A DNA stretch of 64,000 bases from an uncultured Fibrobacterota bacterium. Its GTDB lineage: Bacteria; Fibrobacterota; Chitinivibrionia; Chitinivibrionales; FEN-1185. Location: the NCBI GenBank assembly GCA_963729895.1, contig CAVSQB010000013.1, forward strand, positions 19,125-83,124, read 5' to 3'. Below are positions 52,337-61,911 of this stretch, piece by piece. A program made the position numbers and the translations under genes. The notes beneath the pieces were generated by a model. That model searched no databases. It was not told where the DNA came from and was given only the letters and a program-made list of their open reading frames with translations. Within the stretch, counting starts at the first letter, position 1; each line of letters starts with the position of its first letter.

Positions 52337-52659
52337 GAATGCTCCTCCGTTCCTTAGGATGTTCCGATATTTGAGAATCCGCCAACCATTACACCTCTAT
52401 TAGGCTGGAATGGCACCGGCAAGCAGAAGAATTTCAACACCTTCCAGCTATTCAAGAAGCCAATATATAATGATTCCGATAACAGCTAGTAAAATATAAT
52501 ACCGGCTAATCAGGGACATGGATTTAATGAAATAACGTTGAGGACCAAGCCCGCGTTTCGCAGTATCAATTTATTTGCTTTGCCTGTTCTTCTTCGTGAA
52601 TTCCGGTTTGTCCGGACCGGTTCGTTGGACCGTTTTCGGAAGAAGAGCCTGGTTCCGTT

Positions 52660-54075
52660 TCATTGTTCCGCCACATATTCTATACTTATCTTTCCAATAA
52701 GCTTTGCCAAAAGAATCGAGTTGCGTCCGTTGTCATCCATGAGAAGAGGGACCCTGCCTGTGCAGACTGGAAAAACGCCGAATGCAGGGTCTGCAAAAAT
52801 CCATCTCCCTGCCCAAACCATCACCCATGCATGTCCCATGTAGGCTTTCTTCGACTCTACATATACCAGCCCGAGCATAACGTGCGCCGGAACCCCTGAA
52901 CTTCTGAGCAGCGCTGCAAGAAGAACGGCGTGATCTCTGCACCTTCCGAATCCAGCCTTGAGCGTCTCCAGGGCATTTGAGAATGTGACACTGTTGCGTT
53001 TCTCCAGTGCTGTAAACACATGCCGGTTCAGCAAACGAACAATTGCGCAAGGGGCCTTTTCCTCCCCTACAATCCTCCTGGAAAGCTGGACAATCGACGG
53101 ATTGTTGGATTGAAGTGTTGCCGTTGGCCTCGTCCATTGCAGGAGGGCTGAATCGGGAGCGACAATTGATGCACATGAACAGGCAGCTGCGCCCTTGCCG
53201 AAAAGCCATCGGTCGCCCTTGCGGATGTAGAGATCCGACACGGACGAATCCATGGCCGCGTCCGGTGCGAGAACAACGGCGATGTACTCGTTGCTGCGGG
53301 CCCCTCTGGCGACGGGAACCGAAAAAAGATCGCTCAGGTCCGCTATGTCAACACGCTCCTCGGCGCGGCCTTTCTTGCCAAGCGGCACGCTCTTTTTGGC
53401 AACAAATCCCTCCATCTCACGGACAAGCGTTTTTCCCGAACCATCAACCTGCCATTCCTCGTGCCGGCCGGTCATATTGTCCGCAACATCGAACGTAATT
53501 GTCTTTCGTGAGGTGTCGATTGCCGCGCACCGGTACGAACTGAAGGCAGGTCTTCCGGACACAAGATCAAGAGTGGTATCGGACCATGTTTCTCCCACCG
53601 AAACCTGCAATCGGCGTACCTTCTTGAAGATGGTGAGGGTGGGAAACAGGCTTTCATGAAATCCATCAATGATGCTTGCACTGGTTTCCCCGCCTGCCTC
53701 AACGCTCAGCCGCCAACCTTGAGGACTCTTGAACAACGTCCACGTATTGCTGCCGCTCTGCGATTTCATCACTTGACGCGCGCTGCGAAGATCGCCATCA
53801 ATATTGTAGACACGTTGTTCAAAAACCTCCATCTGACTGACGCCCGCCTCCTCTTTGCCCACAGTCATAGACGATGATTCGATGATGCCCTGAACGCTGT
53901 CGGCAGGGCGGGTCGATTGAATCAAGGTACCGACAATGCGGTCCTTAAAGAATACGTCGAGTGTATCGGCAGTTTCTATCGCCCGCCATTCGCCAATTGT
54001 CGGGGCGGCCGTCGCAGCCGGCAGGAAACAAGGGATCGTGCAGACAATTGCCATTACGTAAAGAAACGGTTTCAT
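52660..54075 (-). CDS. Exported transglutaminase-like domain protein
   Basis: Signal peptide; GRCRDHA, GHAWV and ADP catalytic triad motifs. Confidence 0.88.
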   Translation of the reverse strand: MKPFLYVMAIVCTIPCFLPAATAAPTIGEWRAIETADTLDVFFKDRIVGTLIQSTRPADSVQGIIESSSMTVGKEEAGVSQMEVFEQRVYNIDGDLRSARQVMKSQSGSNTWTLFKSPQGWRLSVEAGGETSASIIDGFHESLFPTLTIFKKVRRLQVSVGETWSDTTLDLVSGRPAFSSYRCAAIDTSRKTITFDVADNMTGRHEEWQVDGSGKTLVREMEGFVAKKSVPLGKKGRAEERVDIADLSDLFSVPVARGARSNEYIAVVLAPDAAMDSSVSDLYIRKGDRWLFGKGAAACSCASIVAPDSALLQWTRPTATLQSNNPSIVQLSRRIVGEEKAPCAIVRLLNRHVFTALEKRNSVTFSNALETLKAGFGRCRDHAVLLAALLRSSGVPAHVMLGLVYVESKKAYMGHAWVMVWAGRWIFADPAFGVFPVCTGRVPLLMDDNGRNSILLAKLIGKISIEYVAEQ

Positions 54076-54100
54076 GCGGGAAACGTTATCCCTTCGGAAG

Positions 54101-55084
54101 TCAGCTGCTTGACTTGCCCAATTGGCCGTACCTGTCGAACGAAGCCCCTGCTATTTTCTGGAACGAGGCGCAGAACGATTCGACGTCGGCAAACCCGGTT
54201 TGGCGCGAGACCCATTCTTTGGATGCCGAAGGATCTTTGTCCAGAATCATCCTCGCCCTGTTTATTCTCACATGCGCAATAAAATTGCTCACGTTGATGC
54301 CGAGATCCCGCTCCATGAGAGCTTCGACAAACGCCTCTCCGGTTACCAGCGCTTCGCACACGCTTTTTGGAGACAGATTGGGATCCATGAAATTATTCTC
54401 GATGAAGCGGCACGTTCTCTGCACTTCTTTGTCCATCACCGAGAGGCGCGTGGTCGTAAGGAACCTTTTTGCACCGATTTTCCTCCGTGCCTTCCTTATT
54501 CCGACGGTCGCAAATGCAACTACAATGGCCGCAGACATCAGCAGTATGAGAACACGGGCAAGCACGGGATTGGGAAATCCAACAGGTTTGTTCGGGAAAG
54601 AGCCCGATGGCTCCTGCACAAACCGGGCTTGGTTCTTTGTGGTTCGAACGGAAGCGCTGTTCTTCGCGTTTGATACCGCGGCAACGGTATCACGCTTTGC
54701 CGCCGTGATCGCTTTTACCATTGTCGAGTCGGCCCTGCGAATGCCCTTGGTTGCCGAAACCGAATCAAGCAGGCGGGCAGCGCATGACGAATCAGCCGTG
54801 GACTTTACGGCCGGCGAGTCGCCACGGCGTACATCTGTCTTCGCACGATGCGAAGAATCACGGACCCCCGACGCGGACTCACCGCTTGAAACGGACCGGC
54901 GAAAAGCGGACTTCTTATCTTGTGCCGTGTCGGAGGACGTTAGTTCCATTGCCTTGGTAACCTGCTTAAGTCCGGTATCGCGAGCAGGAGAGCCAAGACA
55001 AACGGCTGCAAAAAGGAAAAGGATCGCCGTGATCTTAAGTGAGGAAAAGAAAATGTCGCTCCATCTTTTGTTACTTGGAGACAT
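54101..55084 (-). CDS. Membrane-anchored protein with a C-terminal AraC-type HTH
   Basis: Hydrophobic N-terminus, S/A/D/T/K-rich region, TM, then FIENNFMDPNLS..FIAHVRINRARMIL..VSRQTGF...F...FQKIAGAS. Confidence 0.8.
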   Translation of the reverse strand: MSPSNKRWSDIFFSSLKITAILFLFAAVCLGSPARDTGLKQVTKAMELTSSDTAQDKKSAFRRSVSSGESASGVRDSSHRAKTDVRRGDSPAVKSTADSSCAARLLDSVSATKGIRRADSTMVKAITAAKRDTVAAVSNAKNSASVRTTKNQARFVQEPSGSFPNKPVGFPNPVLARVLILLMSAAIVVAFATVGIRKARRKIGAKRFLTTTRLSVMDKEVQRTCRFIENNFMDPNLSPKSVCEALVTGEAFVEALMERDLGINVSNFIAHVRINRARMILDKDPSASKEWVSRQTGFADVESFCASFQKIAGASFDRYGQLGKSSS

Positions 55085-56348
55085 GCCGCTCCATTTGTTC
55101 TTTGAGCAAATCGTAATACTTCGGCATGACCGCTTCCATCTTTTCGCTGAGCCGGGTGCGGAAGCGTGCAGCCTCCGCATAGTCGCGAGCCTTGACGTTC
55201 TGCCACAACTCCTTGAGGGCGCGTTCGTTAAGAACTTCGCCGGTCGAAACTTCAAAATGCATCATCCGGTGGTCAGATATTCGCTTGAATGCGTCCTGTA
55301 TCATTTGCAGCAATTCCGAGCACACGACTTGGTCGGAACGTACAGACAGCACGGCAAGCGCATTCGACAGCTGGTCGAGAAAAAACTTTGTGCTGAAGAC
55401 GTAATGTCGTTTGTTTCTGTACGCTTTGGGATCGTAATAGTATTCCCCTATCACACGTCCCTTGGTTGTCTTCACCACCGATTTCGGAAACGGTGGCTGT
55501 TCCAGTTCCTTCTGCGCCTGGAACGCACCGGCCGGAACCTCATCGCCTTTCGCTTTCCTGATTACATCGAGCGGGATCGCGGAAGTCTTCTCTTTGTCAA
55601 CATCGAAAATGTCATCGTTTACCGGGATGTCGGCCGCCGGGGTTTCATTCTCCTTTCCAAGGGCAGGATCCATTGCGTCATCAATCTCCGGATGCGGATC
55701 CGGGGCAGTACCCGTCTGCACCGGATCCGCAGGAACGTTTAAGGGCCCATCGGCAACCTGTTCTTTGAGTTTCTCGGTAAATTGCTCCACCCGGTTTTCA
55801 CCCTCTTGCTGGGAGAGAATAATCTCATACAAACCGTTGATAATCTCATTCTCGTTAAGCTCCAGCTCTTTTGTGAGCTGGGTTTCGATGAGCAAGAGTT
55901 CCTGCTCCTTAATCTTGAACGTGTCGAGTTTTGCCGTAAGATCCCGAAGCTCGGCGGAACAATCGGCAATTCCTTTCTTGACGGTCGCAATTTCGGCATC
56001 GCGGTTATGCTTGTCTTCGAGCAGGCCGCGCGAATCCTTGCTTATCTTTCTGATGTGCTCTTCCTTGTTTCGCACTACATCCATTTTTTTTTGGTAATAC
56101 CGGATAAGAAGGTCGATGGTGGAAATCTCGTTTTCGTTGAGCATAGTCTTCTTGAGGGACCACAAGTGTTCGAGCGCAGCCTTGGCGTTGTCGGTTTCTC
56201 CCCGGAGCAGCCGTTCCGCGATATCGTAGGTATTTTCGGATACCGTTGAGGCACCCGCATCAAGCAGAATGGAATAGAACCTGTTGGAGTCTTTTGTACT
56301 CTTGGAAAGGTTGACGATGTTTTGCGAAAGTTCGTCGATATGGTTCAT
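55071..56348 (-). CDS. Hypothetical coiled-coil protein with an acidic Pro-rich linker
   Basis: Long heptad-rich segment; AAGGGG RBS; start trimmed from 56534. Confidence 0.8.
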   Translation of the reverse strand: MNHIDELSQNIVNLSKSTKDSNRFYSILLDAGASTVSENTYDIAERLLRGETDNAKAALEHLWSLKKTMLNENEISTIDLLIRYYQKKMDVVRNKEEHIRKISKDSRGLLEDKHNRDAEIATVKKGIADCSAELRDLTAKLDTFKIKEQELLLIETQLTKELELNENEIINGLYEIILSQQEGENRVEQFTEKLKEQVADGPLNVPADPVQTGTAPDPHPEIDDAMDPALGKENETPAADIPVNDDIFDVDKEKTSAIPLDVIRKAKGDEVPAGAFQAQKELEQPPFPKSVVKTTKGRVIGEYYYDPKAYRNKRHYVFSTKFFLDQLSNALAVLSVRSDQVVCSELLQMIQDAFKRISDHRMMHFEVSTGEVLNERALKELWQNVKARDYAEAARFRTRLSEKMEAVMPKYYDLLKEQMERHVSK

Positions 56349-56489
56349 TGGAATCCCCTTTTGCGTGCCCGAACTCACCTGATTGCACAATCGGGATCGT
56401 CCCGGCGTAATTGTGAAGAAGCGGCCCTTCTGGATCGAATGGCAGTGCGCATTAGGCGATGCAGCGCAGGCCCTGCATCGCCTTGTCCA

Positions 56490-56518
56490 ATTATACAACA
56501 TCGAATAATCCGTGTCAA
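56490..56518 (-). promoter_or_regulatory. Perfect-consensus sigma70 promoter
   Basis: TTGACA (56518-56513), 17 bp, TATAAT (56495-56490). Confidence 0.85.
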
Positions 56519-56705
56519 CAGACAAAAGCCGCAATTCTCCATATTGTCAACAAAATACCTAGATGATGTGTGATAAACGAGGTTTGCTACCACGGATGGG
56601 GGCATGAATAATTCCCGAAGCCTTCCCCGAAGTTCTTTGTTGACAACAGGATAACACTGCGTTCCATCGATCTCCAAAATATATGCAGAGCCCGTGCCTT
56701 ACCCT

Positions 56706-58178
56706 TCATCGATCCGGATTACCTTTTAACACGGTCATAATCTCCTGCAATTCCGGTTCGTCGGAGATAGACTCGGGATCATCAAAGCCGTTATCGAGCG
56801 CCCTTGCCATACAGCGCCGAGCTTCGGCGGTCCTGCTCCGACGAACGTTGATTTTGGCAAGAATGAGCCAGGCGTCACAACAACCCTCGTGATCCTTGAG
56901 ATAGGAAAATATCTGCTTTTCAGCCTCCTCTTCTTCCTTATTTGCAACATACGACCGCCACAGCAGTGCAAGAACGGCAGCGTTCTTCTTCACAATACGG
57001 TTGATGAGACCAATGGCGTCCCGGGGCCGTCCCGAATCCAACGCATAACGGGCGCAATTCACAAGTACGTGATCGGATCGCTGCGTAAGAAGGCGAAGCC
57101 GATTCCAAATCGCCTCAGCCTTGCCGTCTTTTTTCCCCGCCCTGCCGAGAGAAAGCACGCGTTCCGCATCGATTTCGTCACTCACGACCCCCAACGCATC
57201 CGCCCGCTTCAGGAGATCGTCGGCCTCATTGTAACGAGTGCTCTCGCGAAGGATCAAAATCGATTCGGCGATCGCCGCTTCGCCCAGCCTCGGCAGCACG
57301 GCACGCGTGGCCCGAACAAAACCTTCGAGGTCGCCCCTGCGTAAGGCCAGATGGCGCAGCCCCATCCAACCTGCCGTTTCTTTGGGAGACAGCCGAACCG
57401 CCTGAAGATAGCTTTGCCGTGCATCGTCATAGTTCTTCTTTTTTGTGAAGGCATTGCCAAGATTGACATGCAAGCCGGCATCCGCCGTGGAAAACGTGAG
57501 GGCATTCTTGTAACACTCAATAGCCTTGTCAAACTCGCCCAGTTGCTCGTATACCACTCCCAGATTCTTTTGCGCCGAAGGAAACTTCCTCTGCCGGGTC
57601 AACGCCCTGTTGTAAGCCTCCACGGCCTTGCGGGCATCCCCCATTTGCGAATGCGCGTTGCCGAGGTTGAACCATGCATCGGCGCAGTCAGGCCGAACCT
57701 CGGCAGCCCTGCAAAACAATTCTGCCGCCCTACGGTGATTTCCTTCCATGTCCCAGCAGTTGCCCACGCTGAACAGAGCGCCTAAATTATCCGGTTCGAT
57801 GGTGAGCACTTTTGCGAACGCCAAACGCGCAGCCGCGCAGTTGTGCAGAGAAAGGAGGACGATGCCAAGATTGTTCCAACCTTCGATGCGTTCAGGTCGG
57901 AGATCGGTGAGTTTTTCAAGCACACGTCGGGCCTCTTCAAGATCCCCTTTTTTGAAACAGGCAGTTCCGTAGTCAAGCAGCACATGGTACTCATTTTCGT
58001 TGCACGTAAGAATCTTTCTATGTGCCGTAACTGCTTCGTTGTACAGACCTCTCTCTGCGTATGACCGGGCAAGCGCAAGACTTGCCTCGGCACTATCGGG
58101 CTGCATGGCGAAGGCGGACCCTTTCTCCTTGTCCACCTCCCTTTGGGATGATGCACTGTTCAGATCATCCATGGCCAT
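56706..58178 (-). CDS. Tetratricopeptide-repeat protein (about 8 or more TPRs)
   Basis: Repeated WNNLG / WFNLGNA / KNLGVVY / VNLGNA motifs; start trimmed from 58469. Confidence 0.88.
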   Translation of the reverse strand: MAMDDLNSASSQREVDKEKGSAFAMQPDSAEASLALARSYAERGLYNEAVTAHRKILTCNENEYHVLLDYGTACFKKGDLEEARRVLEKLTDLRPERIEGWNNLGIVLLSLHNCAAARLAFAKVLTIEPDNLGALFSVGNCWDMEGNHRRAAELFCRAAEVRPDCADAWFNLGNAHSQMGDARKAVEAYNRALTRQRKFPSAQKNLGVVYEQLGEFDKAIECYKNALTFSTADAGLHVNLGNAFTKKKNYDDARQSYLQAVRLSPKETAGWMGLRHLALRRGDLEGFVRATRAVLPRLGEAAIAESILILRESTRYNEADDLLKRADALGVVSDEIDAERVLSLGRAGKKDGKAEAIWNRLRLLTQRSDHVLVNCARYALDSGRPRDAIGLINRIVKKNAAVLALLWRSYVANKEEEEAEKQIFSYLKDHEGCCDAWLILAKINVRRSRTAEARRCMARALDNGFDDPESISDEPELQEIMTVLKGNPDR

Positions 58179-58489
58179 CTTCCCGCTTTCCTTCCTTAGA
58201 CAGTGCATCACCTCGGGAGCCGGCAACGTCCCCAGCAATTCCAAAATTCTTCCACTTGCCGAAATGCGAATTACCCGTTCACAGGAGAAGCGCCTGAGCG
58301 TGGCCGTCGCAGTAACATAAACTAATTGATGTCTCGATGCGGCCGGGGCTTGCCACATATTCAAAAATCGAGCATGGTGATAAAACACAAATGCCTTTGC
58401 ACACCTAATAATAGTAGCTGACAACCATGCCATCAAAATGGTATATTGTAAAGAAGAACGATCCGACATTCTTCACCAAGGATACATCC

Positions 58490-59845
58490 ATGGACAAGAA
58501 GCAACTCAAGGAACAAGTCGAAACCATCCGGCAGGCATTCAGTTATATCAACCGGTTCCGAAACGAAACCTTTGTTATAAAGATCGAAGGCTCGCTCATC
58601 GGCGGATCCTTCTTCCCCATCCTCATCAAGGATATCGCCCTCTTGCACCATATGGGGATACGGATTGTCCTGGTGCCCGGCGCAAAGGACCGGATCGACG
58701 ACATCCTTAATACTTATAAGGTCAGGTTCGATATTGTCAACGGGATACGCATTTCCACGCCGGAGTCGATACCGTTTATCAAAATGGCGGCATTTGACGT
58801 TTCGAACAAGGTAATGACCATGCTCGCCGAAAACCGGACCAACGCCGTCATCGGCAACTGGGTAAAAGCGCGGAGTATCGGCGTGCGCAACGGCGTAAAC
58901 TATCAAAGTTCCGGCGCGGTGGAAACGCTGCAGACCGGCATCATCAACAACGTGCTCAACGAGGGCTTGGTGCCTATCTTTCCCAACATCGGGTGGAATG
59001 CCCAGGGAAAGCCGTACAACCTTTCCTCGAACGAGCTTGCTTTTACCATTGCAACCGAACTCAAGGCGGCAAAGCTTTTCTTTGTCACGCAAAACGGCGG
59101 CATAAAGGCAAAAGGCCTTAGGGTGCCGCCCGGTGTGTATGTGTCAAGCGACGGGTTCGTTTCACAATTGACGCTTTCTGAAGCGGAGGAATTCGTCGCC
59201 GCAAACAGCGCTGCGAGTGCGAGCGCCGCATACGAACTGGTGTCGCTCGCCTGCAGGGCCTGCAAGAACGGCGTTTCGCGTGTTCATATTATCGACGGCC
59301 ATGTTGAAGGAATGATCCTCAAGGAAATCTTCTCCAACCGTGGACTCGGAACCATGATCTACGCCAACCAGCATGAGAACATCCGGCAGATGAACCACGC
59401 CGATGTACCTGAAGTGCTTCAACTCATGAAACCCTTTATCGCAAAGGGGACCCTTGTCGAGCGGACGGCGGCGGACCTCGAAGAGCGGCTCGCCGACTAT
59501 GCAGTGTACGAGGTGGACGGCACAATACATGGCTGCGGCGCCCTGCACCGCTACGGAGACCACCAGGCGGAAATCGCGGGCCTCGCCGTGGACGAAGTGT
59601 ATGCCAGCCTGGGAATCGGGGGTAAGATCGTGTCGTATCTACTTGACAATGCAGCAAAGCTCAAGGTGAGGCAGGTATTCCTGCTTACCACGCACACCGC
59701 CGATTGGTTTGCCCGACTCGGGTTCAAGAAAGCGGAAGTTAAGCAATTGCCCCGGGAGCGGCGGGCAACATACGACAAAAAGCGCAATTCGCTCGTGTTC
59801 ACCTATCGGTTCCCGGCAGGCAGAAGACCACACCACGTGGAATAG
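58490..59845 (+). CDS. argA: Amino-acid N-acetyltransferase (N-acetylglutamate synthase, AAK + GNAT)
   Basis: YINRFRNETFVIK, GVSRVHI, EIFSNRGLGT, FLLTT..DWF and KRNS motifs. Confidence 0.93.
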   Translation: MDKKQLKEQVETIRQAFSYINRFRNETFVIKIEGSLIGGSFFPILIKDIALLHHMGIRIVLVPGAKDRIDDILNTYKVRFDIVNGIRISTPESIPFIKMAAFDVSNKVMTMLAENRTNAVIGNWVKARSIGVRNGVNYQSSGAVETLQTGIINNVLNEGLVPIFPNIGWNAQGKPYNLSSNELAFTIATELKAAKLFFVTQNGGIKAKGLRVPPGVYVSSDGFVSQLTLSEAEEFVAANSAASASAAYELVSLACRACKNGVSRVHIIDGHVEGMILKEIFSNRGLGTMIYANQHENIRQMNHADVPEVLQLMKPFIAKGTLVERTAADLEERLADYAVYEVDGTIHGCGALHRYGDHQAEIAGLAVDEVYASLGIGGKIVSYLLDNAAKLKVRQVFLLTTHTADWFARLGFKKAEVKQLPRERRATYDKKRNSLVFTYRFPAGRRPHHVE

Positions 59846-59919
59846 CGGGCCTTACCATTGCGTTCCGGGGCAGCACCCCGGGACGCCCCTTGAAAGCTGT
59901 GTGAAAAGTCCTGCCGTTC

Positions 59920-61872
59920 TTACACAATCCGGCCGGCGACCGTCTTGGTGGCATTTATCAACCCACCGGCAATCAGTATTCTCTTCTGCCTTTCCGACAA
60001 GTCCACCTTAAGACGGATTGTTGCATCGCGTGCCGAATTAACCAGCGCCAGATCCCCCGACTCAATTCCCGAATACACGTCTCTTACTTCAAACATGTCT
60101 CCGGCCATCACCGTATCGTAGTCCGCAGGATCGACAAACAAGGCCGGCAATATCCCGAAGTTGATGAGGTTTGCCTTATGAATTCGTTCGATTGATTTTG
60201 CGGCTACCATTTTGACGCCCAGGTACATCGGGCAAATCGCGGCGTGCTCGCGCGATGAACCCTGGCCGTATGATTCGCCCGCGACAATGATGTTGTGAAG
60301 ACCCTTCTTTTTGTTTTCCATTGCACGCGACGAAAACGCGGGGTCTTCGCGTTCAAAAACGAATTCGGAATACTTCGGGATGTTGGATCGGTACTTCATG
60401 CGAATGCCCGCAGGCATTATGTCGTCGGTGGTAACTTTGTCCTTGAGGCGGATCGCGACTATACCGGACAGCACCATGGGGAATTCCTGGTTTCCGGGCG
60501 CCGCCCCGATGTTGGGTCCGCGGACGATTTCGACCTTGGCGGTATTTTCCGGTGGACGCACGATCATGCTGTCGTCGACAAGAAATTTGTCGGGCATTTC
60601 GACGGAAGGATATTTCTGTCCACCGAAGAATTTTGCAGGATCAACAATCTCGCCCGCAAGTGCACACGCGGCCGCGGCCTCCGGTGAAACGAGGAAAACC
60701 TGCGCACTTTCGGTGCCGGTGCGACCGAAGAAATTCCTGTTTGACGTTCGCACGGATATCGAGCCGGACGCGGGCGCCAGCGAATTCCCTATGCAGAACC
60801 CGCATGCGTTTTCCATCACGCGCGCGCCCGATGAAATGATATCCGCAAGCGCTCCGTTGCGCACTATCATTTCCAATACCTGGCGAGACCCGCATGCAAG
60901 CGACAAAGAAACGTGCTGCGCAATCTTCTTTCCCTTGAGCACGGCCGCGACCAGCATAAGATCGCGGTAGGAGGAGTTCGTACATGAACCGATGCATACC
61001 TGCTGCACCTTGACGCCTACAATTTCGGCGAGCCGCTTCACGTTCCCCGGCGAATGCGGCGTGGCGGCAAGCGGCTCGATGTTCGACAGGTCGATGTGAA
61101 TGATTCGTTCGTAGCCGGCGTCATCGTCGGCGCCAACAGGCTTGAAGCAGGCATCCCTACCCTGGGCACGCAGGAACGCCTTTGTCAAGGTGTCGGAAGG
61201 AAACACGGACGTGGTGACGCCGAGTTCCGCACCCATGTTTGTAATGGTTGCACGCTCGGGAACGGTAAGCGTTTCAACGCCTTTGCCGCCGTATTCGATA
61301 ACCACGCCAACGTTCCCTTTTGTCGAGAGCGTCTCGAGCACTTTGAGAATCACGTCTTTGGCCGATACCCAGGGTCCAAGTTTACCCTGCAGATCGATCT
61401 TGATTACTCTGGGATACGTGAGATAGAAGAGCCCTCCGCCCATGGCAACGGCAACGTCGAGGCCTCCGGCGCCGACGGCGATCATGCCGATGCCCCCGCC
61501 GGTTGGTGTATGCGAATCACTGCCGAGTAGGGTTTTGCCCGGGCACCCGAATCGCTCCAGATGCACCTGGTGGCAAATGCCGTTGCCCGGACGCGAAAAA
61601 CAGATGCCGAATTTCTGAGCAACCGATTCGAGGTACTTGTGGTCGTCGGCGTTTTCATATCCGCCCTGGATGGTATTGTGGTCAACGTACGACACCGAGA
61701 TTTCGGTCTTCACACGCTCGAATCCGAGCGCTTCAAACTGCAAATAGGCCATGGTGCCCGTTGCGTCCTGGGTAAGGGTCTGGTCTATTCTGATTCCGAC
61801 CTCGGTGCCGGGCACGGGCTTGCCTTCGACAAGGTGTTCGTCGAGGATCTTCTGGACGATGTTTTTTCCCAT
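59920..61872 (-). CDS. Aconitate hydratase
   Basis: TQDATG, GICHQ, DSHT, IGSCTN, CGFCIG, RTSNRNF and GSSREHA motifs. Confidence 0.94.
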   Translation of the reverse strand: MGKNIVQKILDEHLVEGKPVPGTEVGIRIDQTLTQDATGTMAYLQFEALGFERVKTEISVSYVDHNTIQGGYENADDHKYLESVAQKFGICFSRPGNGICHQVHLERFGCPGKTLLGSDSHTPTGGGIGMIAVGAGGLDVAVAMGGGLFYLTYPRVIKIDLQGKLGPWVSAKDVILKVLETLSTKGNVGVVIEYGGKGVETLTVPERATITNMGAELGVTTSVFPSDTLTKAFLRAQGRDACFKPVGADDDAGYERIIHIDLSNIEPLAATPHSPGNVKRLAEIVGVKVQQVCIGSCTNSSYRDLMLVAAVLKGKKIAQHVSLSLACGSRQVLEMIVRNGALADIISSGARVMENACGFCIGNSLAPASGSISVRTSNRNFFGRTGTESAQVFLVSPEAAAACALAGEIVDPAKFFGGQKYPSVEMPDKFLVDDSMIVRPPENTAKVEIVRGPNIGAAPGNQEFPMVLSGIVAIRLKDKVTTDDIMPAGIRMKYRSNIPKYSEFVFEREDPAFSSRAMENKKKGLHNIIVAGESYGQGSSREHAAICPMYLGVKMVAAKSIERIHKANLINFGILPALFVDPADYDTVMAGDMFEVRDVYSGIESGDLALVNSARDATIRLKVDLSERQKRILIAGGLINATKTVAGRIV

Positions 61873-61911
61873 GGATCATTGCTCCTTGATGTCAATGGTT
61901 GGCGCGATGTC

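Noticed and set aside
53961..55742. 593-aa plus-strand ORF
   Set aside because: Antisense shadow of three minus-strand genes; no motifs
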